A program made the translations under genes and the position numbers. Below the pieces are notes generated by a model. That model searched no databases. It was given only the letters and a program-made list of their open reading frames with translations, and was not told the DNA's origin. Positions 1 through 11,723 of a stretch of 15,894 nucleotides of DNA are shown here, piece after piece. Numbering within the stretch: the first letter of the stretch is position 1; each line of letters begins with the position of its first letter. The DNA is from Utricularia gibba (taxonomy: Eukaryota; Plantae; Magnoliophyta): the NCBI GenBank assembly GCA_002189035.1, contig NEEC01000449.1, positions 1 to 15,894 of the forward strand, given 5' to 3'.

Positions 1-313
1 AGGTTCGGTCTGACTCCTTTGCCACATCGGGTCCTACTCGACGAAAATCGTGATGCAGTTATTGAAGTTAGGATTTCATGAGCACCCAAAATGGTTTTCT
101 CAACCGCATGCTTTATATTTGATAAGGCTCTCGTGGGGCAACGGTATCGAGTAGGAGGTCGAGTCGAGCTCGGGCCCATAGTCATTTGTAGCTCGGCAAA
201 AAACTTGATGCATTTATTAACGGTTGGTTTTAATAGGCTGCCTCAATGGTTTCTCAAGGAAAAGCTTGTCGTTTTTGGGCGGGTGATGTCGTTGTGAACT
301 TCGTTCTGACCCA
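1..313. repeat. Representative monomer M1, made of two diverged ~155-bp subunits (1-155 and 156-313)
   Basis: Matches at an offset of 155: AGGTTCGGTC(1)/AGGTCGAGTC(156), TGATGCAGTTATT(51)/TGATGCATTTATT(206), ATGGTTTTCTCAA(91)/ATGGTTTCTCAA(246). Positions 37-97 vs 192-252 match at 44/61 without gaps (hand count). Confidence 0.9.
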
Positions 314-3300
314 AGGTTCGGTCTGACTCCTTTGCCACATCGGGTCCTACTCGACGAAAATCGTGATGCAGTTATTGAAGTTAGGATTCATGAGCACCCA
401 AAATGGTTTTCTCAACCGCATGCTTTATATTTGATAAGGCGCTCTCGTGGGGCAACGGTATCGAGCAGGAGGTCGAGTCGAGCTCGGCCCATAGTCATTT
501 GTAGCTCGGCAAAAAACTTGATGCATTTATTAACGTTGGTTTTAGGCTGCCTACAATGTTTTCTCAAGGAAAAGCTTGTCGTTTTTGGGCGGTGATGTCG
601 TTGTGAACTTCGTTCTGACCCAAGGTTCGGTCTGTCTCCTTTGCCAAATCGGTCCTACTCGACGAAAATCGTGATGCAGTTATTGAAGTTAGGATTTCAT
701 GAGCACCCAAAATGGTTTTCTCAACCGCATGCTTTATATTTGATAGGCGCTCTCGTGGGGCAACGGTATCGAGCAGGAGGTCGAGTCGAGCTCGGGCCCA
801 GAGTCATTTGTAGCCCGGCAAAAAATTGATGCATTTATTAACGTTGGTTTAATAGGCTGCCTACATGTTTCTCAAGGAAAAGCTTGTCGTTTCTGGGCGG
901 TGATGTCTTTTGGAACTTCGTTCTGACCAAGGTTCGGTCTGACTCCTTTGCCACATCGGGTCCTACTCGACGAAAATCGTGATGCAGTTATTGAAGTTAG
1001 GATTCATGAGCACCCAAAATGGTTTTCTCAACCGCATGCTTTATATTTGAGGAGGCGCTCTCGTGGGGCAACGGTATCGAGCAGGAGGTCGAGTCGAGCT
1101 CGGGCCCATAGTCATTTGTAGCTCGGCAAAAAACTTGATGCATTTATTAACGTTGGTTTAATAGGCTGCCTACATGTTTCTCAAGGAAAAGCTTGTCGTT
1201 TTTGGGCGGGTGATGTCGTTGTGAACTTCGTTCTGACCAAGGTTCGGTCTGTCTCCTTTGCCAAATCGGTCCTACTCGACGAAAATCGTGATGCAGTTAT
1301 TGAAGTTAGGATTCATGAGCACCCAAAATGGTTTTCTCAACCGCATGCTTTATATTTGATAAGGCACTCTCGTGGGGCAACGGTATCGAGCAGGAGGTCG
1401 AGTCGAGCTCGGGCCAGAGTCATTTGTAGCCCGGCAAAAAATTGATGCATTTATTAACGTTGGTTTAATAGGCTGCCTACATGTTTCTCAAGGAAAAGCT
1501 TGTCGTTTCTGGCGGGTGATGTCGTTGGGAACTTCGTTCTGACCCAAGGTTCGGTCTGACTCCTTTGCCACAATCGGGTCCTACTCGACGAAAATCGTGA
1601 TGCAGTTATTGAAGTTAGGATTCATGAGCACCCAAAATGGTTTTCTCAACCGCATGCTTTATATTTGATAGGCGCTCTCGTGGGGCAACGGTATCGAGCA
1701 GGAGGTCGAGTCGAGCTCGGGCCCATAGTCATTTGTAGCTCGGCAAAAAACTTGATGCATTTATTAACGTTGGTTTTAATAGGCTGCCTACATGTTTTCT
1801 CAAGGAAAAGCTTGTCGTTTTTGGGCGGGTGATGTCGTTGTGAACTTCGTTCTGACCCAAGGTTCGGTCTGTCTCCTTTGCCAAATCTGGTCCTACTCGA
1901 CGAAAATCGTGATGCAGTTATTGAAGTTAGGATTTCATGAGCACCCAAAATGGTTTTCTCATGCTTTATATTTGATAAGGCGCTCTCGTGGGCAACGGTA
2001 TCGAGCAGGAGGTCGAGTCGAGCTCCCAGAGTCATTTGTAGCCCGCAAAAAAATTGATGCATTTATTAACGTTGGTTTATTAGGCTGCCTACATGTTTCT
2101 CAAGGAAAAGCTTGTCGTTTCTGGGCGGGTGATGTCTTTTGGAACTTCGTTCTGACCATAGGTTCGGTCTGACTCCTTTGCCACATCGGGTCCTACTCGA
2201 CGAAAATCGTGATGCAGTTATTGAAGTTAGGATTCATGAGCACCCAAAATGGTTTTCTCAACCGCATGCTTTATATTTGATAGGCGCTCTCGTGGGCAAC
2301 GGTATCGAGCAGGAGGTCGAGTCGAGCTCGGGCCCATAGTCATTTGTAGCTCGGCAAAAAACTTGATGCATTTATTAACGTTGGGTTTTAATAGGCTGCC
2401 TACATGGTTTTCTCAAGGAAAAGCTTGTCGTTTTTGGGCGGTGATGTCGTTGTGAACTTCGTTCTGACCAAGGTTCGGTCTGTCTCCTTTGCCAAATCGG
2501 TCCTACTCGACGAAAATCGTGATGCAGTTATTGAAGTTAGGATTCATGAGCCCAAAATGGTTTTCTCAACCGCATGCTTTATATTTGATAAGGCGCTCTC
2601 GTGGGGCAACGGTATCGAGCAGGAGGTCGAGTCGAGCTCGGCCCAGAGTCATTTGTAGCCGGCAAAAAAATTGATGCATTTATTAACGTTGGTTTTATTA
2701 GGCTGCCTACATGTTTCTCAAGGAAAAGCTTGTCGTTTCTGGGCGGGTGATGTCGTTGGAACTTCGTTCTGACCCAAGGTTCGGTCTGACTCCTTTGCCA
2801 CATCGGTCCTACTCGACGAAAATCGTGATGCAGTTATTGAAGTTAGGATTCATGAGCACCCAAAATGGTTTTCTCAACCGCATGCTTTATATTTGAGGAG
2901 GCGCTCTCGTGGGGCAACGGTATCGAGCAGGAGGTCGAGTCGAGCTCGGGCCCATAGTCATTTGTAGCTCGGCAAAAAACTTGATGCATTTATTAACGTT
3001 GGTTTTAATAGGCTGCCTACATGTTTTCTCAAGGAAAAGCTTGTCGTTTTTGGGCGGGTGATGTCGTTGTGAACTTCGTTCTGACCCAAGGTTCGGTCTG
3101 ACTCCTTTGCCACATCGGTCCTACTCGACGAAAATCGTGATGCAGTTATTGAAGTTAGGATTTCATGAGCACCCAAAATGGTTTTCTCAACCGCATGCTT
3201 TATATTTGATAAGGCGCTCTCGTGGGGCAACGGTATCGAGCAGGAGGTCGAGTCGAGCTCGGCCCAGAGTCATTTGTAGCCGGCAAAAAATTGATGCATT

Positions 3301-3697
3301 TATTAACGTTGGTTATTAGGCTGCCTACATAGTTTCTCAAGGAAAAGCTTGTCGTTTCTGGCGGGTGATGTCGTTGGAACTTCGTTCTGACCAAGGTTCG
3401 TCTGACTCCTTTGCCACATCGGTCCTACTCGACGAAAATCGTGATGCAGTTATTGAAGTTAGGATTCATGAGCACCCAAAATGGTTTTCTCAACCGCATG
3501 CTTTATATTTGACTCTCGTGGGGCAACGGTATCGAGCAGGAGGTCGAGTCGAGCTCGGGCCCATAGTCATTTGTAGCTCGGCAAAAAACTTGATGCATTT
3601 ATTAACGTTGGTTTTAATAGGCTGCCTCAATGGTTTTCTCAAGGAAAAGCTTGTCGTTTTGGGCGGGTGATGTCGTTGTGAACTTCGTTCTGACCCA
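314..3697. repeat. Strict A/B alternating dimeric higher-order block (M2-M12), dimer ~613-617 bp
   Basis: A copies carry CCCATAG, GTAGCTCGG, AAAACTTG and CGTTTTT. B copies carry CCAGAG, GTAGCC(C)G, AAAAATTG and CGTTTCT. The linked markers alternate A,B,A,B through 11 consecutive monomers. Confidence 0.88.
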
Positions 3698-3999
3698 AGG
3701 TTCGGTCTGACTCCTTTGCCATCGGTCCTACTCGACGAAAATCGTGATGCAGTTATTGAAGTTAGGATTTCATGAGCACCCAAAATGGTTTTCTCAACGC
3801 ATGCTTTATATTGAGGAGGCGCTCTCGTGGGCAACGGTATCGGGCAAAGGTCGAGTCGAGCTCGCCCAGAGTCATTTTAGCCGGCAAAAAATGATGCATT
3901 TATTAACGTTGGGTTTTAATAGGCTGCCTACATGGTTTCTCAAGGAAAAGCTTGTCGTTTCTGGGCGGGTGATGTCTTTTGGAACTTCGTTCTGACCAT
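3698..3999. repeat. C-type variant monomer M13
   Basis: CTCAACGC, TTGAGGAGG, CGGGCAAAGG (in place of CGAGCAGGAGG), CATTTTAGCC, AAATGATG and TCTTTTGG occur together. Confidence 0.85.
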
Positions 4000-4624
4000 A
4001 GGTTCGGTCTGACTCCTTTGCCACATCGGGTCCTACTCGACGAAAATCGTGATGCAGTTATTGAAGTTAGGATTTCATGAGCACCCAAAATGGTTTTCTC
4101 AACCGCATGCTTTATATTTGATAAGGCGCTCTCGTGGGGCAACGGTATCGAGCAGGAGGTCGAGTCGAGCTCGGGCCCATAGTCATTTGTAGCTCGGCAA
4201 AAAACTTGATGCATTTATTAACGTTGGGTTTTAATAGGCTGCCTACATGTTTTTCTCAAGGAAAAGCTTGTCGTTTTTGGGCGGGTGATGTCGTTGTGAA
4301 CTTCGTTCTGACCAAGGTTCGGTCTGTCCTTTGCCATCGGTCCTACTCGACGAAAATCGTGATGCAGTTATTGAAGTTAGGATTTCATGAGCACCCAAAA
4401 TGGTTTTCTCAACCGCATGCTTTATATTTGATAAGGCGCTCTCGTGGGGCAACGGTATCGAGCAGGAGGTCGAGTCGAGCTCGGGCCCATAGTCATTTGT
4501 AGCTCGGCAAAAAACTTGATGCATTTATTAACGTTGGTTTTAATAGGCTGCCTCAATGGTTTTCTCAAGGAAAAGCTTGTCGTTTTTGGGCGGGTGATGT
4601 CGTTGTGAACTTCGTTCTGACCCA

Positions 4625-4928
4625 AGGTTCGGTCTGACTCCTTTGCCAAATCGGTCCTACTCGACGAAAATCGTGATGCAGTTATTGAAGTTAGGATTTC
4701 ATGAGCACCCAAAATGGTTTTCTCAACGCATGCTTTATATTGAGGAGGCGCTCTCGTGGGGCAACGGTATCGGGCAAAAGGTCGAGTCGGGCTCTCCCAG
4801 AGTCATTTTTAGCCAAAAAATTGATGCATTTATTAACGTTGGGTTTTAATAGGCTGCCTACATGGTTTCTCAAGGAAAAGCTTGTCGTTTCTGGGCGGTG
4901 ATGTCTTTTGGAACTTCGTTCTGACCAT
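4625..4928. repeat. C-type variant monomer M16
   Basis: CGGGCAAAAGG, GTCGGGCT, CATTTTTAGCC and TCTTTTGG. Confidence 0.85.
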
Positions 4929-7093
4929 AGGTTCGGTCTGACTCCTTTGCCACATCGGGTCCTACTCGACGAAAATCGTGATGCAGTTATTGAAGTTAGG
5001 ATTTCATGAGCACCCAAAATGGTTTTCTCAACCGCATGCTTTATATTTGATAAGGCGCTCTCGTGGGGCAACGGTATCGAGTAGGAGGTCGAGTCGAGCT
5101 CGGGCCCATAGTCATTTGTAGCTCGGCAAAAAACTTGATGCATTTATTAACGGTTGGTTTTAATAGGCTGCCTCAATGGTTTTCTCAAGGAAAAGCTTGT
5201 CGTTTTGGGCGGGTGATGTCGTTGTGAACTTCGTTCTGACCAAGGTTCGTCTGTCTCCTTTGCCAATCGGTCCTACTCGACGAAAATCGTGATGCAGTTA
5301 TTGAAGTTAGGATTCATGAGCACCCAAAATGGTTTTCTCAACCGCATGCTTTATATTTGATAAGGCCTCTCGTGGGGCAACGGTATCGAGCAGGAGGTCG
5401 AGTCGAGCTCGGGAGAGTCATTTGTAGCCCGGCAAAAAAATTGATGCATTTATTAACGTTGGTTTTTAGGCTGCCTACATGTTTCTCAAGGAAAAGCTTG
5501 TCGTTTCTGGGCGGTGATGTCTTTTGGAACTTCGTTCTGACCAGGTTCGGTCTGACTCCTTTGCCACATCGGGTCCTACTCGACGAAAATCGTGATGCAG
5601 TTATTGAAGTTAGGATTCATGAGCACCCAAAATGGTTTTCTCAACCGCATGCTTTATATTTGATAGGCGCTCTCGTGGGGCAACGGTATCGAGGAGGTCG
5701 AGTCGAGCTCGGGCCATAGTCATTTGTAGCTCGGCAAAAAACTTGATGCATTTATTAACGTTGGTTTTAATAGGCTGCCTACATGGTTTTCTCAAGGAAA
5801 AGCTTGTCGTTTTTGGGCGGGTGATGTCGTTTGGAACTTCGTTCTGACCCAAGGTTCGGTCTGACTCCTTTGCCACATCGGGTCCTACTCGACGAAAATC
5901 GTGATGCAGTTATTGAAGTTAGGATTCATGAGCACCCAAAATGGTTTTCTCAACCGCATGCTTTATATTTGATAAGGCGCTCTCGTGGGGCAACGGTATC
6001 GAGCAGGAGGTCGAGTCGAGCTCGGCCAGAGTCATTTGTAGCTAAAAAAAAAAAGATGCATTTATTAACGTTGGTTTAATAGGCTGCCTACATGTTTCTC
6101 AAGGAAAAGCTTGTCGTTTCTGGGCGGGTGATGTCGTTGGGAACTTCGTTCTGACCAAGGTTCGGTCTGACTCCTTTGCCACATCGGTCCTACTCGACGA
6201 AAATCGTGATGCAGTTATTGAAGTTAGGATTCATGAGCACCCAAAATGGTTTTCTCAACCGCATGCTTTATATTTGATAAGGCGCTCTCGTGGGGCAACG
6301 GTATCGAGCAGGAGGTCGAGTCGAGCTCGGGCCCATAGTCATTTGTAGCTCGGCAAAAAACTTGATGCATTTATTAACGTTGGGTTTTAATAGGCTGCCT
6401 ACATGTTTTCTCAAGGAAAAGCTTGTCGTTTTTGGCGGGTGATGTCGTTGGAACTTCGTTCTGACCCAAGGTTCGGTCTGTCTCCTTTGCCATCGGTCCT
6501 ACTCGACGAAAATCGTGATGCAGTTATTGAAGTTAGGATTTCATGAGCACCCAAAATGGTTTTCTCAACGCATGCTTTATATTTGATAAGGCGCTCTCGT
6601 GGGGCAACGGTATCGAGCAGGAGGTCGAGTCGAGCTCGGCCCAGAGTCATTTGTAGCCGGCAAAAAAACTTGATGCATTTATTAACGTTGGGTTTTAATA
6701 GGCTGCCTACATGTTTTCTCAAGGAAAAGCTTGTCGTTTTTGGGCGGGTGATGTCGTTTGGAACTTCGTTCTGACCCAAGGTTCGGTCTGACTCCTTTGC
6801 CACATCGGTCCTACTCGACGAAAATCGTGATGCAGTTATTGAAGTTAGGATTTCATGAGCACCCAAAATGGTTTTCTCAACCGCATGCTTTATATTTGAT
6901 AAGGCGCTCTCGTGGGGCAACGGTATCGAGTAGGAGGTCGAGTCGAGCTCGGGCCCATAGTCATTTGTAGCTCGGCAAAAAACTTGATGCATTTATTAAC
7001 GGTTGGTTTTAATAGGCTGCCTCAATGGTTTTCTCAAGGAAAAGCTTGTCGTTTTTGGGCGGGTGATGTCGTTGTGAACTTCGTTCTGACCCA

Positions 7094-7396
7094 AGGTTCG
7101 GTCTGTCTCCTTTGCCAATCTGGTCCTACTCGACGAAAATCGTGATGCAGTTATTGAAGTTAGGATTTCATGAGCACCCAAAATGCTTTTCAACGCATGC
7201 TTTGTATTGAGGAGGCGCTCTAGTGGGGCACGGTATCGAGCAAAAGGTCGAGTCGAGCTCGGCCCAGAGTCATTTTAGCCGGCAAAAAATGATGCATTTA
7301 TTAACGTTGGGTTTTAATAGGCTGCCTACATGGTTTCTCAAGGAAAAGCTTGTCGTTTCTGGGCGGGTGATGTCTTTTGGAACTTCGTTCTGACCA
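7094..7396. repeat. C-type variant monomer M24
   Basis: AAAATGCTTT, CTCTAGTG, GAGCAAAAGG, CATTTTAGCC and TCTTTTGG. Confidence 0.85.
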
Positions 7397-8020
7397 AGGT
7401 TCGGTCTGACTCCTTTGCCACATCGGGTCCTACTCGACGAAAATCGTGATGCAGTTATTGAAGTTAGGATTTCATGAGCACCCAAAATGGTTTTCTCAAC
7501 CGCATGCTTTATATTTGATAAGGCTCTCGTGGGGCAACGGTATCGAGCAGGAGGTCGAGTCGAGCTCGGGCCCATAGTCATTTGTAGCCGGCAAAAAAAT
7601 TGATGCATTTATTAACGTTGGTTTTAATAGGCTGCCTACATGTTTTCTCAAGGAAAAGCTTGTCGTTTTTGGGCGGGTGATGTCGTTTGGAACTTCGTTC
7701 TGACCCAAGGTTCGGTCTGACTCCTTTGCCACATCGGTCCTACTCGACGAAAATCGTGATGCAGTTATTGAAGTTAGGATTTCATGAGCACCCAAAATGG
7801 TTTTCTCAACCGCATGCTTTATATTTGATAAGGTGCTCTCGTGGGGCAACGGTATCGAGTAGGAGGTCGAGTCGAGCTCGGGCCCATAGTCATTTGTAGC
7901 TCGGCAAAAAACTTGATGCATTTATTAACGTTGGTTTTAATAGGCTGCCTCAATGGTTTTCTCAAGGAAAAGCTTGTCGTTTTGGGCGGGTGATGTCGTT
8001 GTGAACTTCGTTCTGACCCA

Positions 8021-8331
8021 AGGTTCGGTCTGTCTCCTTTGCCAAATCTGGTCCTACTCGACGAAAATCGTGATGCAGTTATTGAAGTTAGGATTTCATG
8101 AGCACCCAAAATGCTTTTCTCAACGCATGCTTTATATTTGAGGAGGCGCTCTAGTGGGGCAACGGTATCGGGCAAAAGGTCGAGTCGGGCTCGCTCCCAG
8201 AGTCATTTTTAGCCCAAAAAAATGATGCATTTATTAACGTTGGGTTTTAATAGGCTGCCTACATGGTTTCTCAAGGAAAAGCTTGTCGTTTCTGGGCGGG
8301 GTGATGTCTTTTGGAACTTCGTTCTGACCAT
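8021..8331. repeat. C-type variant monomer M27
   Basis: AAAATGCTTT, CTCTAGTG, CGGGCAAAAGG, GTCGGGCT and CATTTTTAGCC. Confidence 0.85.
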
Positions 8332-11108
8332 AGGTTCGGTCTGACTCCTTTGCCACATCGGGTCCTACTCGACGAAAATCGTGATGCAGTTATTGAAGTT
8401 AGGATTTCATGAGCACCCAAAATGGTTTTCTCAACCGCATGCTTTATATTTGATAAGGCGCTCTCGTGGGGCAACGGTATCGAGCAGGAGGTCGAGTCGA
8501 GCTCGGCCCATAGTCATTTGTAGCTCGGCAAAAAACTTGATGCATTTATTAACGTTGGTTTTAATAGGCTGCCTCATGGTTTTCTCAAGGAAAAGCTTGT
8601 CGTTTTTGGGCGGGTGATGTCGTTGTGAACTTCGTTCTGACCCAAGGTTCGTCTGTCTCCTTTGCCAAATCGGTCCTACTCGACGAAAATCGTGATGCAG
8701 TTATTGAAGTTAGGATTCATGAGCACCCAAAATGGTTTTCTCAACCGCATGCTTTATATTTGATAAGGCGCTCTCGTGGGGCAACGGTATCGAGCAGGAG
8801 GTCGAGTCGAGCTCGGGAGAGTCATTTGTAGCCGGCAAAAAAATTGATGCATTTATTAACGTTGGTTTATTAGGCTGCCTACATGTTTCTCAAGGAAAAG
8901 CTTGTCGTTTCTGGGCGGGTGATGTCTTTTGGAACTTCGTTCTGACCATAGGTTCGGTCTGACTCCTTTGCCACATCGGGTCCTACTCGACGAAAATCGT
9001 GATGCAGTTATTGAAGTTAGGATTCATGAGCACCCAAAATGGTTTTCTCAACCGCATGCTTTATATTTGATAAGGCTCTCGTGGGGCAACGGTATCGAGC
9101 AGGAGGTCGAGTCGAGCTCGGGCCCATAGTCATTTGTAGCTCGGCAAAAAACTTGATGCATTTATTAACGTTGGTTTTAATAGGCTGCCTACATGTTTTC
9201 TCAAGGAAAAGCTTGTCGTTTTTGGGCGGGTGATGTCGTTGTGAACTTCGTTCTGACCCAAGGTTCGGTCTGACTCCTTTGCCAATCGGTCCTACTCGAC
9301 GAAAATCGTGATGCAGTTATTGAAGTTAGGATTTCATGAGCACCCAAAATGGTTTTCTCAACCGCATGCTTTATATTTGATAAGGCCTCTCGTGGGGCAA
9401 CGGTATCGAGCAGGAGGTCGAGTCGAGCTCGGTCCCAGAGTCATTTGTAGCCCGGCAAAAAATTGATGCATTTATTAACGTTCGGTTTATTAGGCTGCCT
9501 ACATAGTTTCTCAAGAAAAGCTTGTCGTTTCTGGCGGGTGATGTCGTTGGAACTTCGTTCTGACCAAGGTTCGTCTGACTCCTTTGACATCGGGTCCTAC
9601 TCGACGAAAATCGTGATGCAGTTATTGAAGTTAGGATTCATGAGCACCCAAAATGGTTTTCTCAACCGCATGCTTTATATTTGAGGAGGCTCTCGTGGGG
9701 CAACGGTATCGAGCAGGAGGTCGAGTCGAGCTCGGGCCCATAGTCATTTGTAGCTCGGCAAAAAACTTGATGCATTTATTAACGTTGGGTTTTAATAGGC
9801 TGCCTACATGTTTTCTCAAGGAAAAGCTTGTCGTTTTTGGGCGGGTGATGTCGTTGGAACTTCGTTCTGACCCAAGGTTCGGTCTGACTCCTTTGCCACA
9901 TCGGGTCCTACTCGACGAAAATCGTGATGCAGTTATTGAAGTTAGGATTTCATGAGCACCCAAAATGGTTTTCTCAACCGCATGCTTTATATTTGAGGAG
10001 GCGCTCTCGTGGGGCAACGGTATCGAGCAGGAGGTCGAGTCGAGCTCGGCCCAGAGTCATTTGTAGCCGGCAAAAAATGATGCATTTATTAACGTTGGTT
10101 TTATTAGGCTGCCTACATGTTTCTCAAGGAAAAGCTTGTCGTTTCTGGGCGGGTGATGTCGTTGGGAACTTCGTTCTGACCCAAGGTTCGTCTGACTCCT
10201 TTGCCACATCGGGTCCTACTCGACGAAAATCGTGATGCAGTTATTGAAGTTAGGATTCATGAGCACCCAAAATGGTTTTCTCAACCGCATGCTTTATATT
10301 TGATAAGGCGCTCTCGTGGGGCAACGGTATCGAGCAGGAGGTCGAGTCGAGCTCGGGCCCATAGTCATTTGTAGCTCGGCAAAAAACTTGATGCATTTAT
10401 TAACGTTGGTTTTAATAGGCCCTACATGTTTTCTCAAGGAAAAGCTTGTCGTTTTTGGCGGGTGATGTCGTTGTGAACTTCGTTCTGACCAAGGTTCGGT
10501 CTGACTCCTTTGCCACATCGGTCCTACTCGACGAAAATCGTGATGCAGTTATTGAAGTTAGGATTTCATGAGCACCCAAAATGGTTTTCTCAACCGCATG
10601 CTTTATATTTGATAAGGCACTCTCGTGGGGCAACGGTATCGAGCAGGAGGTCGAGTCGAGCTCGGCCCAGAGTCATTTGTAGCCCGGCAAAAAATTGATG
10701 CATTTATTAACGTTGGGTTTATTAGGCTGCCTACATAGTTTTCAAGGAAAGCTTGTCGTTTCTGGCGGGTGATGTCTTTGGAACTTCGTTCTGACCAAGG
10801 TTCGGTCTGACTCCTTTGCCACATCGGTCCTACTCGACGAAAATCGTGATGCAGTTATTGAAGTTAGGATTCATGAGCACCCAAAATGGTTTTCTCAACC
10901 GCATGCTTTATATTTGAGGAGGCGCTCTCGTGGGGCAACGGTATCGAGCAGGAGGTCGAGTCGAGCTCGGGCCCATAGTCATTTGTAGCTCGGCAAAAAA
11001 CTTGATGCATTTATTAACGTTGGGTTTTAATAGGCCTACATGGTTTTCTCAAGGAAAAGCTTGTCGTTTTTGGGCGGGTGATGTCGTTGTGAACTTCGTT
11101 CTGACCCA
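8332..11108. repeat. Second A/B alternating block (M28-M36)
   Basis: The same four linked diagnostic sites alternate A,B,A,B,A,B,A,B,A. Confidence 0.85.
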
Positions 11109-11421
11109 AGGTTCGGTCTGACTCCTTTGCCACATCGGGTCCTACTCGACGAAAATCGTGATGCAGTTATTGAAGTTAGGATTCATGAGCACCCAAAATG
11201 GTTTTCTCAACCGCATGCTTTATATTTGATAAGGTGCTCTCGTGGGGCAACGGTATCGAGTAGGAGGTCGAGTCGAGCTCGGGCCCATAGTCATTTGTAG
11301 CTCGGCAAAAAACTTGATGCATTTATTAACGGTTGGTTTTAATAGGCTGCCTCATGGTTTTCTCAAGGAAAAGCTTGTCGTTTTTGGCGGGTGATGTCGT
11401 TGTGAACTTCGTTCTGACCCA

Positions 11422-11723
11422 AGGTTCGGTCTGTCTCCTTTGCCAATCGGTCCTACTCGACGAAAATCGTGATGCAGTTATTGAAGTTAGGATTTCATGA
11501 GCACCCAAAATGCTTTTTTCAACGCATGCTTTATATTGAGGAGGCGCTCTAGTGGGGCACGGTATCGGGCAAAAGGTCGAGTCGGGCTCGCCCAGAGTCA
11601 TTTTTAGCCTCAAAAAATGATGCATTTATTAACGTTGGTTTTAATAGGCTGCCTACATGGTTTCTCAAGGAAAAGCTTGTCGTTTCTGGGCGGGTGATGT
11701 CTTTTGGAACTTCGTTCTGACCA
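11422..11723. repeat. C-type variant monomer M38
   Basis: AAAATGCTTT, CTCTAGTG, CGGGCAAAAGG, GTCGGGCT and CATTTTTAGCC. Confidence 0.85.

Noticed and set aside
67-73. TTAGG telomere-like motif in GTTAGGA
   Set aside because: It is a single pentamer per monomer, not tandem, and expected by chance.
241-275. Hairpin plus T-run resembling a terminator, or AT-rich promoter-like stretches
   Set aside because: The stems are 5 bp or less and AT-rich, there is no adjacent gene, and the motifs are simply part of the satellite unit.
1-313. 5S rDNA (or SL/snRNA) tandem unit, since unit size is similar
   Set aside because: I see no 5S rRNA sequence or spliced-leader exon on either strand. Only a trivial TCAGAAC match appears on the minus strand. 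An Rfam/Infernal scan would confirm this.
1-313. Hammerhead-ribozyme satellite (like newt satellite 2 or schistosome Sm-alpha)
   Set aside because: I find no CTGANGA core on either strand of the consensus; the forward strand has only CTGACTC and CTGACC, and no TCNTCAG.
299-315. CENP-B box-like motif (CTTCGTTCTGACC; also TCGTTGGAAC in some copies)
   Set aside because: It matches only the TTCG part of NTTCGNNNNANNCGGGN. The A and CGGG positions fail, and no reverse-strand match was found.
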